A stretch of DNA of 64,000 nucleotides from Vulcanimicrobiota bacterium (GCA_963723515.1 CAVRQT010000002.1:288001-352000), one strand, 5' to 3'. Counted from the stretch's first letter, positions 8,879-19,091 are shown. A program made the numbers and translations. Notes: generated by a model from the letters alone, not told the origin.

Positions 8879-9960
8879 CTCGCGAACGCCTTTTGCGTCC
8901 GCGCGAAAGCGCGCTCAGCCAACAAAACCGCTCGTCGAACACCATTTAAGACCGCGTGACGCGGTCCGCTTCGAGTAACACCGAAGTGACGCGTATAGCG
9001 AACCTCGCAGCCGAAACGAAACTTATACGATTCTGCTCCACGCAGAAAGTCGTACGTTTTGAAACCATGTTCGATCGCGAATTGAATGGCGAACCCCATG
9101 AGCGCGTTACCGGGCGCTAAATCAGCAAAGCGCGGGTTGAAGCCGATTTTATATCCGCAGAAGATGCGGCCACGGCCATCAAGCAGCGCCAAGATCGTCG
9201 CGACCGCTTCCTGCCCGGACCATAAGGTCAACGACCACAGACAGCCAGTCCGAAAACACTCGGTCAGGAGCGCACGCTGCGCCTCTCGATACCGCCGAGA
9301 ATTTCCCCATCGCAACTCCGACATCTCAATGCACCGGTCGATGTGCTGCGCGATATTTGCCGCCGTGCCGATCTCCGTACGAAAATTAGGCAGCGCGGAC
9401 ACGTCACGAATGCTCCTACGCATTTCGTACCGGAAGCGCTTCGAAACGCTATGTAAGTAGTCGTCCCAACTTGAGGGCAGAGCGATGAACGGACACGGAC
9501 TCGTCTCTTTCTTCATAAAGGCGATCGGCCTGAAGGCACCCGGAAGCGATTCAAAGAGCGTCACAAGACGCGGATCGGCGACATCCGTCGCTCGGAATGT
9601 TCCCCAATGCATGGCGCTCAGATGCTGCGCGAGACTCGCGAGCACGGCGGCTTCACAGTCTGGGCGCGCAAGCAGTCCGTTCAAATCGCCCATCGGATTG
9701 CCGGCGAGCAACAGGTCGCGGTCGAGCGACGGCCCCACGCGTGGAAACGCTTGACTTACCAAAGGCAAGAACCCAACGTATTCGTTTTCTACGTCGCGGA
9801 CGGCGAGGATGAACCAGCGTTGGGATGTCACCGTTAGAAGCGCGCGCGTCCAAGCCCATGATAGGAACACTTGTGAATTGGGATCAGCGTCGTAAAGACG
9901 CTCCCACGATGGACGAATGCGATCTAATTCGCCAAGATCTTCAATCCGGTCAACCTGCAT
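8875..9960 (-). CDS. GNAT-family acyltransferase (CelD/BcsL, Acetyltransf_6-like)
   Basis: VFLSWAW, LPSSWDDYL..SKRFR, APGNALM, YDFLRGAESYKFRFG. Confidence 0.88.
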   Translation of the reverse strand: MQVDRIEDLGELDRIRPSWERLYDADPNSQVFLSWAWTRALLTVTSQRWFILAVRDVENEYVGFLPLVSQAFPRVGPSLDRDLLLAGNPMGDLNGLLARPDCEAAVLASLAQHLSAMHWGTFRATDVADPRLVTLFESLPGAFRPIAFMKKETSPCPFIALPSSWDDYLHSVSKRFRYEMRRSIRDVSALPNFRTEIGTAANIAQHIDRCIEMSELRWGNSRRYREAQRALLTECFRTGCLWSLTLWSGQEAVATILALLDGRGRIFCGYKIGFNPRFADLAPGNALMGFAIQFAIEHGFKTYDFLRGAESYKFRFGCEVRYTRHFGVTRSGPRHAVLNGVRRAVLLAERAFARTQKAFAR

Positions 9961-11365
9961 GGCTCGACACCGCCCGATTCCAGAAGCCGCCGACCCGCGT
10001 GCCGGCCGCTGCCACATCACCTACCGGTTTTCTCGCCAACGCCGGATACGTGTGAGCTAACGACCGCAGCTGCGCGATAAAAGCGAACAGCAGCCAAACA
10101 TATTTGTAGGTAAAGAGATCGATAAACAGCGCGGTTATCGACAAGCCGATCAGCGCCGCCATTGCAACGCCGCGCATCTCCCACAGCGCACTGCCTCGCT
10201 CGATGATTGATAGCATTCGAAATTGCGCAATCCAACATGCGACCACCAGGAGCACGCCGATAATGCCAAGTTCAACGGAATAGTGGATCAACAGATTGTG
10301 AGGATCACGGTCCCACCCGACGCTAAAGCGTTGAAAAACGTTCAAATACGACTCATCGTACGCGTTCAAAAAGCTGCCAAGGCCTCCGCCGAAGAGCCAG
10401 TGGGACTTGAACGCTTCGATCCCGACGGCCCAAATTGAGGTGCGGCCAGCGCCTCCCGTTGACGACGCTTCGGCAAAACGCTGCCACATGGCCGGATCAA
10501 AAATGACGCACAAGCCTCCGATCGCCGTGACGCAAAACAACTGCAATCGTTTTCGCGACACGATTATCAAGTAGATGAGGATCGCCAAAAGTCCTAAGAG
10601 CGCTTCGCGAGACTGCGTTTGGTAGAGCGCCGTCAACATGATCGCCAGACCGCCCGCCCACGCAACTTTGACGGCAATCCGGCGTTCGTTGAGCGCAACG
10701 ACAAGCAACGCAGCGATCGGGAGCAGCAACGCATTCGCAAAGTGGTTCACGTCGATTGCGGCCGATTGTCCAAAGCGTATCGCGACGCGTCCAAAGTCAC
10801 GCTGCAACTCCGCTTCGATCGGATTCTGGTTGTGGAAAACGTAGAGTCCAAAGATCGCAGCCGCGATTCCGCCGCATATCGCGCCCCGCAGCAGCCATTT
10901 GAGGTCCTGCGTATCGATCGGTGTGATTGAAATAACCGCGTAAAGCAGCACGACCTGCAGCATCGTTTGAAAATCGCGCATACCATCCGCCGGACTCGAC
11001 GTCCAAAGCAACGATATCGCCATCCAAGCCAGAAGAAGAACCCACAAGATCAGTGAGCTTTGTGGCGCAACAAACCGTCTGCGCCGCAGTGTCCAAAGCA
11101 AAAAGCCGGCGCCCGCCAGCAGTCCAAGCAGTTTTGTGCCCGTACCGAACGACGAGACTGTCAACAGGTTGTCGAACGGCACAAAGAAGGCGTATGCCGC
11201 GTAGGGAAAGAGCATTGGGCGCTTCCATGCGATCAGCAGCGCGATCGGAGCGAGCAAGATAACCGCACCGGCGGCGATCTTTTGTGTAGAACCGCTCATC
11301 ACGGCTGCCAAGATCAACACGCTGACGGCGCAGACCGCTAGAACAACGAGATTACGGAATCGCAT
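9950..11365 (-). CDS. O-antigen ligase / Wzy polymerase family membrane protein
   Basis: About 12 TM segments, DVNHFA, TQSREALLG, GRTSIW, PHNLLIHYSVELGIIG. Confidence 0.9.
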   Translation of the reverse strand: MRFRNLVVLAVCAVSVLILAAVMSGSTQKIAAGAVILLAPIALLIAWKRPMLFPYAAYAFFVPFDNLLTVSSFGTGTKLLGLLAGAGFLLWTLRRRRFVAPQSSLILWVLLLAWMAISLLWTSSPADGMRDFQTMLQVVLLYAVISITPIDTQDLKWLLRGAICGGIAAAIFGLYVFHNQNPIEAELQRDFGRVAIRFGQSAAIDVNHFANALLLPIAALLVVALNERRIAVKVAWAGGLAIMLTALYQTQSREALLGLLAILIYLIIVSRKRLQLFCVTAIGGLCVIFDPAMWQRFAEASSTGGAGRTSIWAVGIEAFKSHWLFGGGLGSFLNAYDESYLNVFQRFSVGWDRDPHNLLIHYSVELGIIGVLLVVACWIAQFRMLSIIERGSALWEMRGVAMAALIGLSITALFIDLFTYKYVWLLFAFIAQLRSLAHTYPALARKPVGDVAAAGTRVGGFWNRAVSSHAG

Positions 11366-12134
11366 GCATCAGCCGCGGTTTTGTTAGCTCGAGCACGATG
11401 ATCCACGCATACTTGCGCAGCCCAGGAAAAAACCTGAATAAGCGAGCGTCCACATCGTTCAGACGCTCGACAAGTTTACCCGAGAACGACTTACCAAGCA
11501 GCGGCAGTGCGAGCAGGGCAGTTAAGTAATAATACGTGATATCGATGCTTGCGAACGCGTCTTGTGCGTACGTCAAATCTTTCTCGAGCAGCGGATGCTC
11601 ATCCGGCGTTCGTTCCGCGGGAGTAATCCGCCGGTAGAGATTGATAAACGGATTGTATCCGAGCGGTTCCAAGAACAGCGCGCGGCCGTCAGGCGCCAGA
11701 ACACGCGCAATCTCTTTGAATGCACGAGTCGTATCCAAGTGGTGCAGGATTGCTCCGCCACAAACGATTTCAAACGAACCATCCGGGAATTCCAGCGTTT
11801 CGGCGTCCATCTGATAGAAACGCGCGTTGTCGATTCCCAGTCGTCGAGCATTAGCTTTCGCTTTCTCGACAGCGACGTCAGATAGGTCGATCCCGGTGAT
11901 GATCGCGCCGTGCTTCGCAAGCTCAAGGACGTTTGCACCGCTGCCGCAACCAATCTCGAGAACCCGTTTGCCGCGACATTCTGCCAAGAGCCGCGAGCGA
12001 TGATACCGGTGTGAACGCCGCGTGATTCCGTAAAAGCGATCGACCCGGCCCCGCGCGGAGTTGTCCGAGGCAAAGCGCTCGTTTTGCAGCTGCCGTTCGC
12101 GGATTTTTCTTTCTTCCATAACTGCTTTCGTCAT
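11352..12134 (-). CDS. Class I SAM-dependent methyltransferase
   Basis: VLEIGCGSG motif I, GIDLS, MDAE, ILHHLD, RVLAPDG. Confidence 0.9.
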   Translation of the reverse strand: MTKAVMEERKIRERQLQNERFASDNSARGRVDRFYGITRRSHRYHRSRLLAECRGKRVLEIGCGSGANVLELAKHGAIITGIDLSDVAVEKAKANARRLGIDNARFYQMDAETLEFPDGSFEIVCGGAILHHLDTTRAFKEIARVLAPDGRALFLEPLGYNPFINLYRRITPAERTPDEHPLLEKDLTYAQDAFASIDITYYYLTALLALPLLGKSFSGKLVERLNDVDARLFRFFPGLRKYAWIIVLELTKPRLMHAIP

Positions 12135-13747
12135 CGGACCGCCTCCCGATCGCGTTTCAACAACCGGCGCGGGCGCGATGCTAATCGCGCTGCCGCCTTC
12201 TCACGTTCACGACGCAACACGTACGGCAGACGCCGCAACGTTAGATACTGTCGCTTTCCATCGATCACGCAGACATCTCGGTCCCATGACAATGTATGCG
12301 TTCCAGCCGTATAGGGGCGCAAATTATGCGGCAGCAACGTCGCAACGATCTCTTCCGCGAAATCGTCAGGCGTCAGTTGCAGGATTCGATTAATGCGCAG
12401 CGCGCCACCGTAAGTAGTCGCGCAGTCCTGAGATGGTCGATACAGCTGCCCTTGATGAAAGAAAGGCTTGCCGGCCGGACGCGCTGATGTGATGTCGCTC
12501 TTGATCGGATTGCGCCCATGGGGTTGCCATACTCCGGTTAGCCTATCTGCATAGAACGCAAAGAGATGCAGATTGGAGTTACTGCTGCTCGAAGTGCAAA
12601 ATAGCCACCATCGACCGTCGTGTCTAAACAGCGTGCTGTCGCAAGCATCAAACCCTTCGATCAGCGTGCACACGCGCGCCCATTCATATGGAAATGACGT
12701 CGCCCGATAAAGCTCAACGCAATTCTTTTCGGCGCTCTCCGGCACGCAATAATAAACATCCGAGTGCTTGAGCAGAAACGGGTACGAGAGGTGGGAGGGC
12801 TCTTGCATAACCGGTCTTTGGTCGCGTGCAACGCCTCCGGAGATCTCAAAGGCGTCAATGTGGCCGCGATTGGCGCGCCGGTCAAGCGATTCGCAAAGGA
12901 CGAACGTCTTGCCGTCGCTTGAGCCGACCATCGGGTCGGCATAAAACGGATGCCGCTCATTCCAATGCAACCAGCGAACCGAGGGCCGGTAGCCGGAAGT
13001 CAGAAAGTCCTCAGGTGTTGCATTCGCGATGATGCCGATGTTCCAATCGACCTCCGCGAACAAATGGCGCACGGCTCGGCGCCAGAGTCGTTGAGTCAGA
13101 CGCGCCGGCGCACTCAACATCGCTCTTAAGGGAAGCGCACGGCGCGCCTCCCACGGAATCGCCGTATCGAACGATTTGCCGGCCCACTCTTGTGCGCTCC
13201 ATGCGGCCCATTGCGCGCAGGCCTGAAGAATCGGATCTAAATCGCGCAGCCGCAGCGGCAGATTGAATCGAGCGGAGCGCAGGACGCGCGCGCTTCCGTT
13301 AGCGAGGCCAACGACAAGCGCGATATCGAGCGTTCGTGCACCGGCCGCAAATTCGCGCCAGGTGATAGAGCGATCGATCGTCTTGGATCCACGTGTTTGA
13401 AACGACCAAATACCTAAAGGGAAACGCTGACCGTCGCCATCGCTCGGACCACCGCTAAAGTCGAGCAGGAAATCGAATTCACCGGCGCCGAGCTCAGTCA
13501 CGGCGGAAAGCTCTTTGACGCCCTCGATTTCAACGAAGCTTAGCGCACCGCTTTTCGGAGCGGCATGCCATGGGACTCTCGCAGCTCGGTCGTGCTTCTT
13601 GCAAAAGAGGGCGACGTTCATTCCCGGCGTCTCAAGCAAGGCGTTGATGCACCGTTCTTGCCAGACGGCTATTTGCGGTCTCTCAACGAGCACGGCGCAA
13701 CGCAATGCGGTCGGCGCGTTCGCTTTAGGCCGCGGATATATCGGCAA
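12131..13747 (-). CDS. Glycosidase-like beta-propeller protein (GINT1 N-terminal-like) with degenerate N-terminal domain
   Basis: FYADP, HLSYPFL, YCVPES, DSTLF, ARPAG, RPSQDC..YG and HTL repeats, typical of five-bladed propeller proteins in EPS clusters. Confidence 0.7.
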   Translation of the reverse strand: MPIYPRPKANAPTALRCAVLVERPQIAVWQERCINALLETPGMNVALFCKKHDRAARVPWHAAPKSGALSFVEIEGVKELSAVTELGAGEFDFLLDFSGGPSDGDGQRFPLGIWSFQTRGSKTIDRSITWREFAAGARTLDIALVVGLANGSARVLRSARFNLPLRLRDLDPILQACAQWAAWSAQEWAGKSFDTAIPWEARRALPLRAMLSAPARLTQRLWRRAVRHLFAEVDWNIGIIANATPEDFLTSGYRPSVRWLHWNERHPFYADPMVGSSDGKTFVLCESLDRRANRGHIDAFEISGGVARDQRPVMQEPSHLSYPFLLKHSDVYYCVPESAEKNCVELYRATSFPYEWARVCTLIEGFDACDSTLFRHDGRWWLFCTSSSSNSNLHLFAFYADRLTGVWQPHGRNPIKSDITSARPAGKPFFHQGQLYRPSQDCATTYGGALRINRILQLTPDDFAEEIVATLLPHNLRPYTAGTHTLSWDRDVCVIDGKRQYLTLRRLPYVLRREREKAAARLASRPRRLLKRDREAVR

Positions 13748-14996
13748 TTTCTTTTCCGTATCCGCGACCGAGGGTATAGCACTCGAAGCCGGCCGCCTGC
13801 CAGAGACGAGCCGAGAAAAAGTTGCGAGTGTCGATCAGGACTCGTGCGCGCATCCGTTTGCCGACATCCAAAGGTGAGAGCGCGCGAAATTCTTCATGAT
13901 CGGTCAGCAAGACGATCGCCGAGGCGTCTTGAACAGCGGCTTGCAACGTCTGAAGCGGCGAAGAGAATCGCGTTGCGATCGGATCGCAAATGGCAACAGA
14001 GTACCCTCGCTCTTGGAGAAGCGAGCAGATTGCGCGCGTCGGCGTTTCACGGGTGTCGTCAACGTTGGCTTTATAGGAAGCCCCAAGTAATGCTATCTTC
14101 GTCCGCGGCGGAGTGAATCGCTCGATCCGCCGCACGACGATGTGCGGCATGCGCTCGTTGATGCGCCGTGCCGTCTGAATGAGTTCCGTTACAAACGGGT
14201 TCGCGTTGGATAGGAAATGCGGGTCGACGGGTATGCAATGGCCGCCGACACCGGGACCAGGGGAAAGGATGTTTACGCGCGGATGTGCATTAGCCAAGCG
14301 GATCGCTTCCCACACGTCAACATCGAGCTCTTCCCCGAGCAATGCAAGTTCGTTCGCGTATGCGATGTTGATATCGCGATAGGTGTTTTCGACGACCTTG
14401 ACGAGCTCCGCAGTCAGACAATCGGTCAGCTCGACATTGCCCCGTACAAACGTCGCATATAGGCGCGCGGCGGCAGCCGCATCGCTTGGTTTACGTCCGC
14501 CGATGACGCGCGGATTCGAACGTAGCTCGTTGATGATATCCCCAGGTATGACACGCTCTGGAGCATGCACGATGCTGACAGTGTCGGGATCTCGTCCCGC
14601 CCGCTGCACCGCGCCGGCAAGAATTCGTTCGGTCGTACCGGGCGGCACCGTCGACTCTAAGACAACGAGATCATCGTCCTTGAGCAGCGATGCAATCGCT
14701 TCGGCTGTTTCTTCAACGTGGCGAAGGTCCGGCTTGCGCTCCCGCGTCGGCGTCGGAACGCAAATGACATAAGCATCCGCGGATTGCAGCATATCAACGA
14801 CTCGCAGCCGGCCGCTCTGCAAGCCTTCTAACGCAATGGCACGCACATCGGGATCCGCCGTGGTGGCGCAATTTTGGCGCAGCGCGCGGCGAACTTCGGG
14901 ATCGGCGTCGTAACCGCTAACTTCAAAACCGGCGCCGGCGAACATGGCCGCCGTTGGTAACCCGATGTAGCCGAGGCCTACGATCGAAATTTTCAC
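13725..14996 (-). CDS. wecC: Nucleotide-sugar dehydrogenase (UDP-ManNAc dehydrogenase-like)
   Basis: GLGYIGLP, CVPTP, ESTVPPGTT, ENTYRDINIA, PGPGVGGHCIPVDP, YKANVDDTRETP. Confidence 0.88.
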   Translation of the reverse strand: MKISIVGLGYIGLPTAAMFAGAGFEVSGYDADPEVRRALRQNCATTADPDVRAIALEGLQSGRLRVVDMLQSADAYVICVPTPTRERKPDLRHVEETAEAIASLLKDDDLVVLESTVPPGTTERILAGAVQRAGRDPDTVSIVHAPERVIPGDIINELRSNPRVIGGRKPSDAAAAARLYATFVRGNVELTDCLTAELVKVVENTYRDINIAYANELALLGEELDVDVWEAIRLANAHPRVNILSPGPGVGGHCIPVDPHFLSNANPFVTELIQTARRINERMPHIVVRRIERFTPPRTKIALLGASYKANVDDTRETPTRAICSLLQERGYSVAICDPIATRFSSPLQTLQAAVQDASAIVLLTDHEEFRALSPLDVGKRMRARVLIDTRNFFSARLWQAAGFECYTLGRGYGKEIADISAA

Positions 14997-14998
14997 GG

Positions 14999-16243
14999 TT
15001 ACGCTTTCATCTCGGCCAGCACGCCGGAACGCTCCTCAAGCATCGCCGGTCGCCGGAGCAGCGCAGAGAGAACCGCCGCCGTTTGACGAGCGTCGTATTG
15101 CTCTGCGACGCGTTGTCGCGCCTGGAGACCCAGCGAAGAGCCGCGATTTGCATCGCGAGCTAACGTAATGATCGCATCCGCAAGTGCGCCGCCGTTACCT
15201 TGCGGAACGACGATGCCACATGATCCGTCGAGCAACTCTGTTACGCTGCCCGAGTTCGTTGCAATACACGGGAGCCCGACGGCCATCGCCTCCATCAGCG
15301 CGACCGGGATGCCTTCCATCTGATCTTCACGCTCGATGCTCGGCAAGACGGCGGCGTCGAACATGCCCGCCTGAAGTTGACGAAGCAGCTCGCGATGCGG
15401 CACCTCCGAGAGGATCGTCACGACCGATGAAAGCCGATGCTTTCGAATCAGCGCTGCGATCGCTGACTTTAACGGCCCGTCACCCGCAAGAAAGCAGCGC
15501 ACCGAATAGCCGGCGTCCCGAACCTGCGCAAGCGCTTCAATTAGAATCTTGTGCCCCTTGATCGGCACGAACGCCGCGGCACACAGCAGCGTAAGCGGCC
15601 GATGGCGCGCTGCCAGCGGATACGCCGCTCGTTCAGGCGGTACGCGAACACCCAGATGTAAAGCGACTGAACGCTCCCAATGGACGACCCCGATCCGCTT
15701 GCGATAGTCGGAAAGTCCACGGCGGGAGATCACGCGGGTGAAGGAAGCAGATTTCGCTTTTGCGTGTGCTAGGTTGTCCTCGTAGATGTCCCAGCGGTGC
15801 GCGGTTGAACTCCACGGCTTACCGGCGAGTTGTGCAGCGATGTATGCGACCGTGGACGGCGTCGAGAGCCAATACGAGTGAATGTGATCGATGTTCTCGC
15901 GACGGACGATGTCAGCCACGGCAAGCGCCTTCGGAAAGATGGCGAGGTTTTTCAGGCGCACAGTGAAGCGCGCTTTGGGCGCGATGATAGAGCGCAGTGC
16001 GCGCAGGACCGCGCGGGGCCGCGAACAGCACATTTGGATCGTGCGGCCGTACGTGCGCAGTGAGATCAGCGGCAAGCGGAAAACTTTCGCCGGCAAATCG
16101 GGATAGCGCGATTGCCGGCGCGGCGGCGACGTTGGAATAATTGTGAGCTCTTCTATGTACTCCGAGAGCGCACGGATTTCGGCTTCCAGATACGGCTCTT
16201 TCGGTCCGAATGGAAACTTTGCGGAGATAATTGCGATCTTCAC
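14999..16243 (-). CDS. Glycosyltransferase family 4 (WcaL-like)
   Basis: IDHIHSYW, TAHRWDI, EGIPVALMEAMAVG. Confidence 0.9.
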   Translation of the reverse strand: MKIAIISAKFPFGPKEPYLEAEIRALSEYIEELTIIPTSPPRRQSRYPDLPAKVFRLPLISLRTYGRTIQMCCSRPRAVLRALRSIIAPKARFTVRLKNLAIFPKALAVADIVRRENIDHIHSYWLSTPSTVAYIAAQLAGKPWSSTAHRWDIYEDNLAHAKAKSASFTRVISRRGLSDYRKRIGVVHWERSVALHLGVRVPPERAAYPLAARHRPLTLLCAAAFVPIKGHKILIEALAQVRDAGYSVRCFLAGDGPLKSAIAALIRKHRLSSVVTILSEVPHRELLRQLQAGMFDAAVLPSIEREDQMEGIPVALMEAMAVGLPCIATNSGSVTELLDGSCGIVVPQGNGGALADAIITLARDANRGSSLGLQARQRVAEQYDARQTAAVLSALLRRPAMLEERSGVLAEMKA

Positions 16244-16274
16244 CTGAGGCGGTCACGAACATCAGCGAAATTCA

Positions 16275-17690
16275 CTATACGGCCCGGTGAAAGAGAAATT
16301 CGGCAGCGGTCTTGCAGATCACCGAGATGTCCATGAAGACCGACCAGTGTTCAACGTAGAACAGATCGAACGCAAGTTTCTCGCCTGCTGCGGATGGCTC
16401 CAGGACCCGTTTCATATGCACCTGAGACCATCCGGTGATGCCGGGCTTGACGACGTGGCGTTCATCGTAGTGCGTCAGCGTCAAGCGAAACATCTCAACG
16501 AAAAACGGTCGCTCGGGTCGTGGACCGACGATCGACATTTCGCCGCGAAGTACGTTGAAGAGTTGAGGCAGCTCGTCCAAACTTGTCCGGCGTAACAGCG
16601 CACCAACGCGCGTGACGCGACCGTCACCGGCCTTTGCCCACGTCGGGCCGCTCGCTTCTTCCGCTTCGCGTCTCATCGAACGAAACTTGAGCATCACAAA
16701 GGAGCGGCCGTTTTGACCGATCCGCTCCTGACGAAACAAGATAGGGCCGCGGTCTTCCAACCATATCGCGGCTGCAATGCAGCCCATGAGCGGCAAAGCA
16801 ATCGCGGTAGTGATTGCAGAAAAACCAAGATCGATCGTCCGCTTGAGGACCCGCGCATGCAACGTGCACGCTCGCTTCGGGCGCGGTACGACAAGCGGCT
16901 GATCACCGATCTGCTCAAGATAGAGCGCGAAACCGTTCGCCGAAACGCGCGGGGCCGCAAAGGCGACGGCAATCTTTGCCCGTCTTGCGAGATCTAAGAT
17001 TGCCGCGATCGAATCTTTTTCGGGAACACCCGCAAAGACGATACGGTCGGCGCCCCAGCGGCGCGCCTCTGCGATCGCAAGCGCCGGCGACGCCTGGTCT
17101 TGGACGCGCAGCGTTTCAACGCGCTCGACGGATCGCAGCGATGCATCAAGAGCGTACGCGTCATCACTCTGTCCTACGACGGCGACACGATGCGGTCGTC
17201 GCAGATGCGGCGCGTCAACCAGCGCGTGCGATATCGCTCGGAATGCACCTACGAGTGGTACCGCAAGAAACAGCGTGATGAGAAGAACGGCGCGCGACGT
17301 CGAGATTGCGGGAAATAACGAGAAAACGGCAACTTGCGGAACGATCGTCAAACAAAGAGCGGTGACGACATAGTAAAACTCGTCCCGCGAGTGCTGAGCA
17401 AAGCTAACGTGGTACAGCCCTAGGCGCGCGAAAATCAGAATACAGACGAAGGCTCCGACGAGAGCAGAGACGAGCACGCGGCCGTAGTTGAGATCTGCAC
17501 TCCAACCGTGGACGACGATGACGCTGGCAAGAAACGTAGCGAAGAGAAACGCCGAAGCGTCGCCAAAGAGCAGCGTCAGGGTCCGTTCAGAGCTGTACAG
17601 AAGCGGCGGCCCTTTGGAACGCATCGTTTGGGGCGCAGCATTGCCAGCCACCGACGATACAGCAGAATCGCCGGGGCGTGAAACATCCAT
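16275..17690 (-). CDS. Priming undecaprenyl-phosphate sugar phosphotransferase (WcaJ/WbaP family)
   Basis: KRTIDL, FRQERIG, KFRSM, RRTSLDELPQLFNVLRGEMSIVGPRP, VKPGITGWSQV; four N-terminal TMs. Confidence 0.93.
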   Translation of the reverse strand: MDVSRPGDSAVSSVAGNAAPQTMRSKGPPLLYSSERTLTLLFGDASAFLFATFLASVIVVHGWSADLNYGRVLVSALVGAFVCILIFARLGLYHVSFAQHSRDEFYYVVTALCLTIVPQVAVFSLFPAISTSRAVLLITLFLAVPLVGAFRAISHALVDAPHLRRPHRVAVVGQSDDAYALDASLRSVERVETLRVQDQASPALAIAEARRWGADRIVFAGVPEKDSIAAILDLARRAKIAVAFAAPRVSANGFALYLEQIGDQPLVVPRPKRACTLHARVLKRTIDLGFSAITTAIALPLMGCIAAAIWLEDRGPILFRQERIGQNGRSFVMLKFRSMRREAEEASGPTWAKAGDGRVTRVGALLRRTSLDELPQLFNVLRGEMSIVGPRPERPFFVEMFRLTLTHYDERHVVKPGITGWSQVHMKRVLEPSAAGEKLAFDLFYVEHWSVFMDISVICKTAAEFLFHRAV

Positions 17691-17767
17691 TGCAACTATC
17701 TTAGAGGGAACAGCCCCCGCGCCAGAAGGGTCGGCGGACCCCCGCTACGGCCCTAGAGTCTCAAGAA

Positions 17768-17783
17768 GTGCCCGAAAGTCCTA
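17768..17783. promoter_or_regulatory. Putative NarL/DosR-like operator box (copy D) upstream of EPS operon
   Basis: Reverse complement TAGGACTTTCGGGCAC, about 80 nt upstream of the priming transferase start. Confidence 0.45.
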
Positions 17784-17815
17784 AGCATCAGGGTAGTTAC
17801 TGACCCTGAGGTGCT
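17784..17815. terminator. Inverted repeat downstream of CAP-domain gene (terminator or operator)
   Basis: TCAGGGT-agttactg-ACCCTGA flanked by AGCA/TGCT, just after the stop at 17819. No strong U tract. Confidence 0.4.
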
Positions 17816-17818
17816 CGA

Positions 17819-18622
17819 TTAAGGATACGCGATGAGTTCTTGATCGTAGTAGTCGGCGGTCGCCCCATTCACAATTGCCAGGCCGGCCCACTTGACCTTC
17901 GGATTCAGCAGATTGGTAGAGTGCGTTGCGAGCCCATCGCGCGCCGCCGGTCCTTCCGCGAGAAACGCGGACTCGATGTCGGACCAATTCGCGCCGTTGG
18001 CGACGGCGATATTCTCATAATCTTGACCGATACCAAAGAAACCGAAATAGCGTTCCCACGGCTCCTTGCCGCGCCGGTCAACGTGTCTAAGATAGCCGTA
18101 TCGCTCCATTTCGGCGGCGTGGTCGCGCGCGGCAAGCAACGCCGCCTCATCCATCGCTACGGGAGCAACATGGTGCGCCTCGCGATCCCGATTGACGCGC
18201 GCAAGCCACTTGTGTTCATCAGCACTCAATTTGCTGAGGGCAATAACGCGTCCGATGTTCCCGAGCGATGTGTCAACGATTCCGTGGAATGCGGCGTAGA
18301 TCGCGTGCGGGCAGTTCACGACCAGCAACACTTGTGCGCGGCCACTTAGAGCGGCGGAATAGGCGCCATCGCGCCGGGTTCGCATTCTTGCAAACGCTGG
18401 CGCGCCATTTTCAGGAAGAGCTTCAACGCTCGCGCCCGCGATTGGGCGTCCGGAATCACGATCCACGATCTTCCCGATAACGGGCACATCAGCCGCGTTC
18501 GCGCATCGCGCGCCGCCGAGGACTGCTGCAGTTAGCACAGTCGCGCAGGCCAGCGCCCGCAACGACGTCAGCCTCCGGGGCCGCCGTGGACGCTCTGCGG
18601 AGCCTTCAGTGCGTACACGCAT
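17819..18622 (-). CDS. Secreted protein: carboxypeptidase-regulatory-like Ig domain + CAP (SCP) domain
   Basis: Signal peptide (ANA-A), GKIVDRDSGRPIAGASV, VNRDR..H, AARDHAAEM, H, ENIA, HSTNLLNP. Confidence 0.8.
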   Translation of the reverse strand: MRVRTEGSAERPRRPRRLTSLRALACATVLTAAVLGGARCANAADVPVIGKIVDRDSGRPIAGASVEALPENGAPAFARMRTRRDGAYSAALSGRAQVLLVVNCPHAIYAAFHGIVDTSLGNIGRVIALSKLSADEHKWLARVNRDREAHHVAPVAMDEAALLAARDHAAEMERYGYLRHVDRRGKEPWERYFGFFGIGQDYENIAVANGANWSDIESAFLAEGPAARDGLATHSTNLLNPKVKWAGLAIVNGATADYYDQELIAYP

Positions 18623-18802
18623 GGGGACTTTTGGCCTAAACCCGTAGGGCATACACAGGGAAGGTTGGGACCTTTGGGCTAAATGCCCTCGCAGATCACC
18701 TTTTCGTTCGTTTCCAATTTTAAGGAAGACGGCAGGAGAACGCCCGCACCGGCGGGCACAGTCGTGGGGTAAAGGGACTAAAGACCTAGTATTTTAGTAC
18801 TT
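18623..18802. promoter_or_regulatory. Cluster of NarL/DosR-like boxes in divergent promoter region
   Basis: GGGGACTTTTGGCCTA (18623-18638), TGGGACCTTTGGGCTA (18666-18681), AGGGACTAAAGACCTA (18773-18788), followed by the imperfect palindrome AGTATTTTAGTACT. Confidence 0.6.
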
Positions 18803-18841
18803 ACCTCGGAGAGTCTAAACCTCGGCAGAAAGGCATTTTTG

Positions 18842-18997
18842 ATGAAGAAGACGCTGGCGCTCGCTACCCTTGCACTCTTGGCTTCAGTCTTCGCAGGCTG
18901 TTCAGGCGGCACAGGGACGTCCATGATTCCGACTGCGCCGCAGCAGGCGCAGGCGCACCAAGGCGATGCGCTGGGGGGACAGCCGGCTCACAGATAG
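18842..18997 (+). CDS. 51-aa small lipoprotein / candidate signalling propeptide
   Basis: Below the ORF-track cutoff. MKKTLALATLALLASVFAG-CSGGTGTSMIPTAPQQAQAHQGDALGGQPAHR*; basic N-terminus, hydrophobic core, lipobox FAG-C, AAAGG SD. Confidence 0.8.
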   Translation: MKKTLALATLALLASVFAGCSGGTGTSMIPTAPQQAQAHQGDALGGQPAHR

Positions 18998-19050
18998 CGC
19001 TGGCGCGCACAGCGCGACCCGGAATTGAACCCGTCGCAAGTCTTTTGCCC

Positions 19051-19091
19051 GAGGCGCCTAGTACGATCGTACCAAGGCGCTTCTTGTATTT
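19051..19091 (+). terminator. Intrinsic terminator after small lipopeptide gene
   Basis: GAGGCGCCT-a-GTAC-gatc-GTAC-ca-AGGCGCTTC followed by TTGTATTT. Confidence 0.6.

Noticed and set aside
18842..18997. Small ORF as RiPP precursor with double-Gly leader
   Set aside because: It has a classical lipoprotein signal, only QPAHR follows the GG, and there is no C39 peptidase transporter or RiPP maturase nearby.
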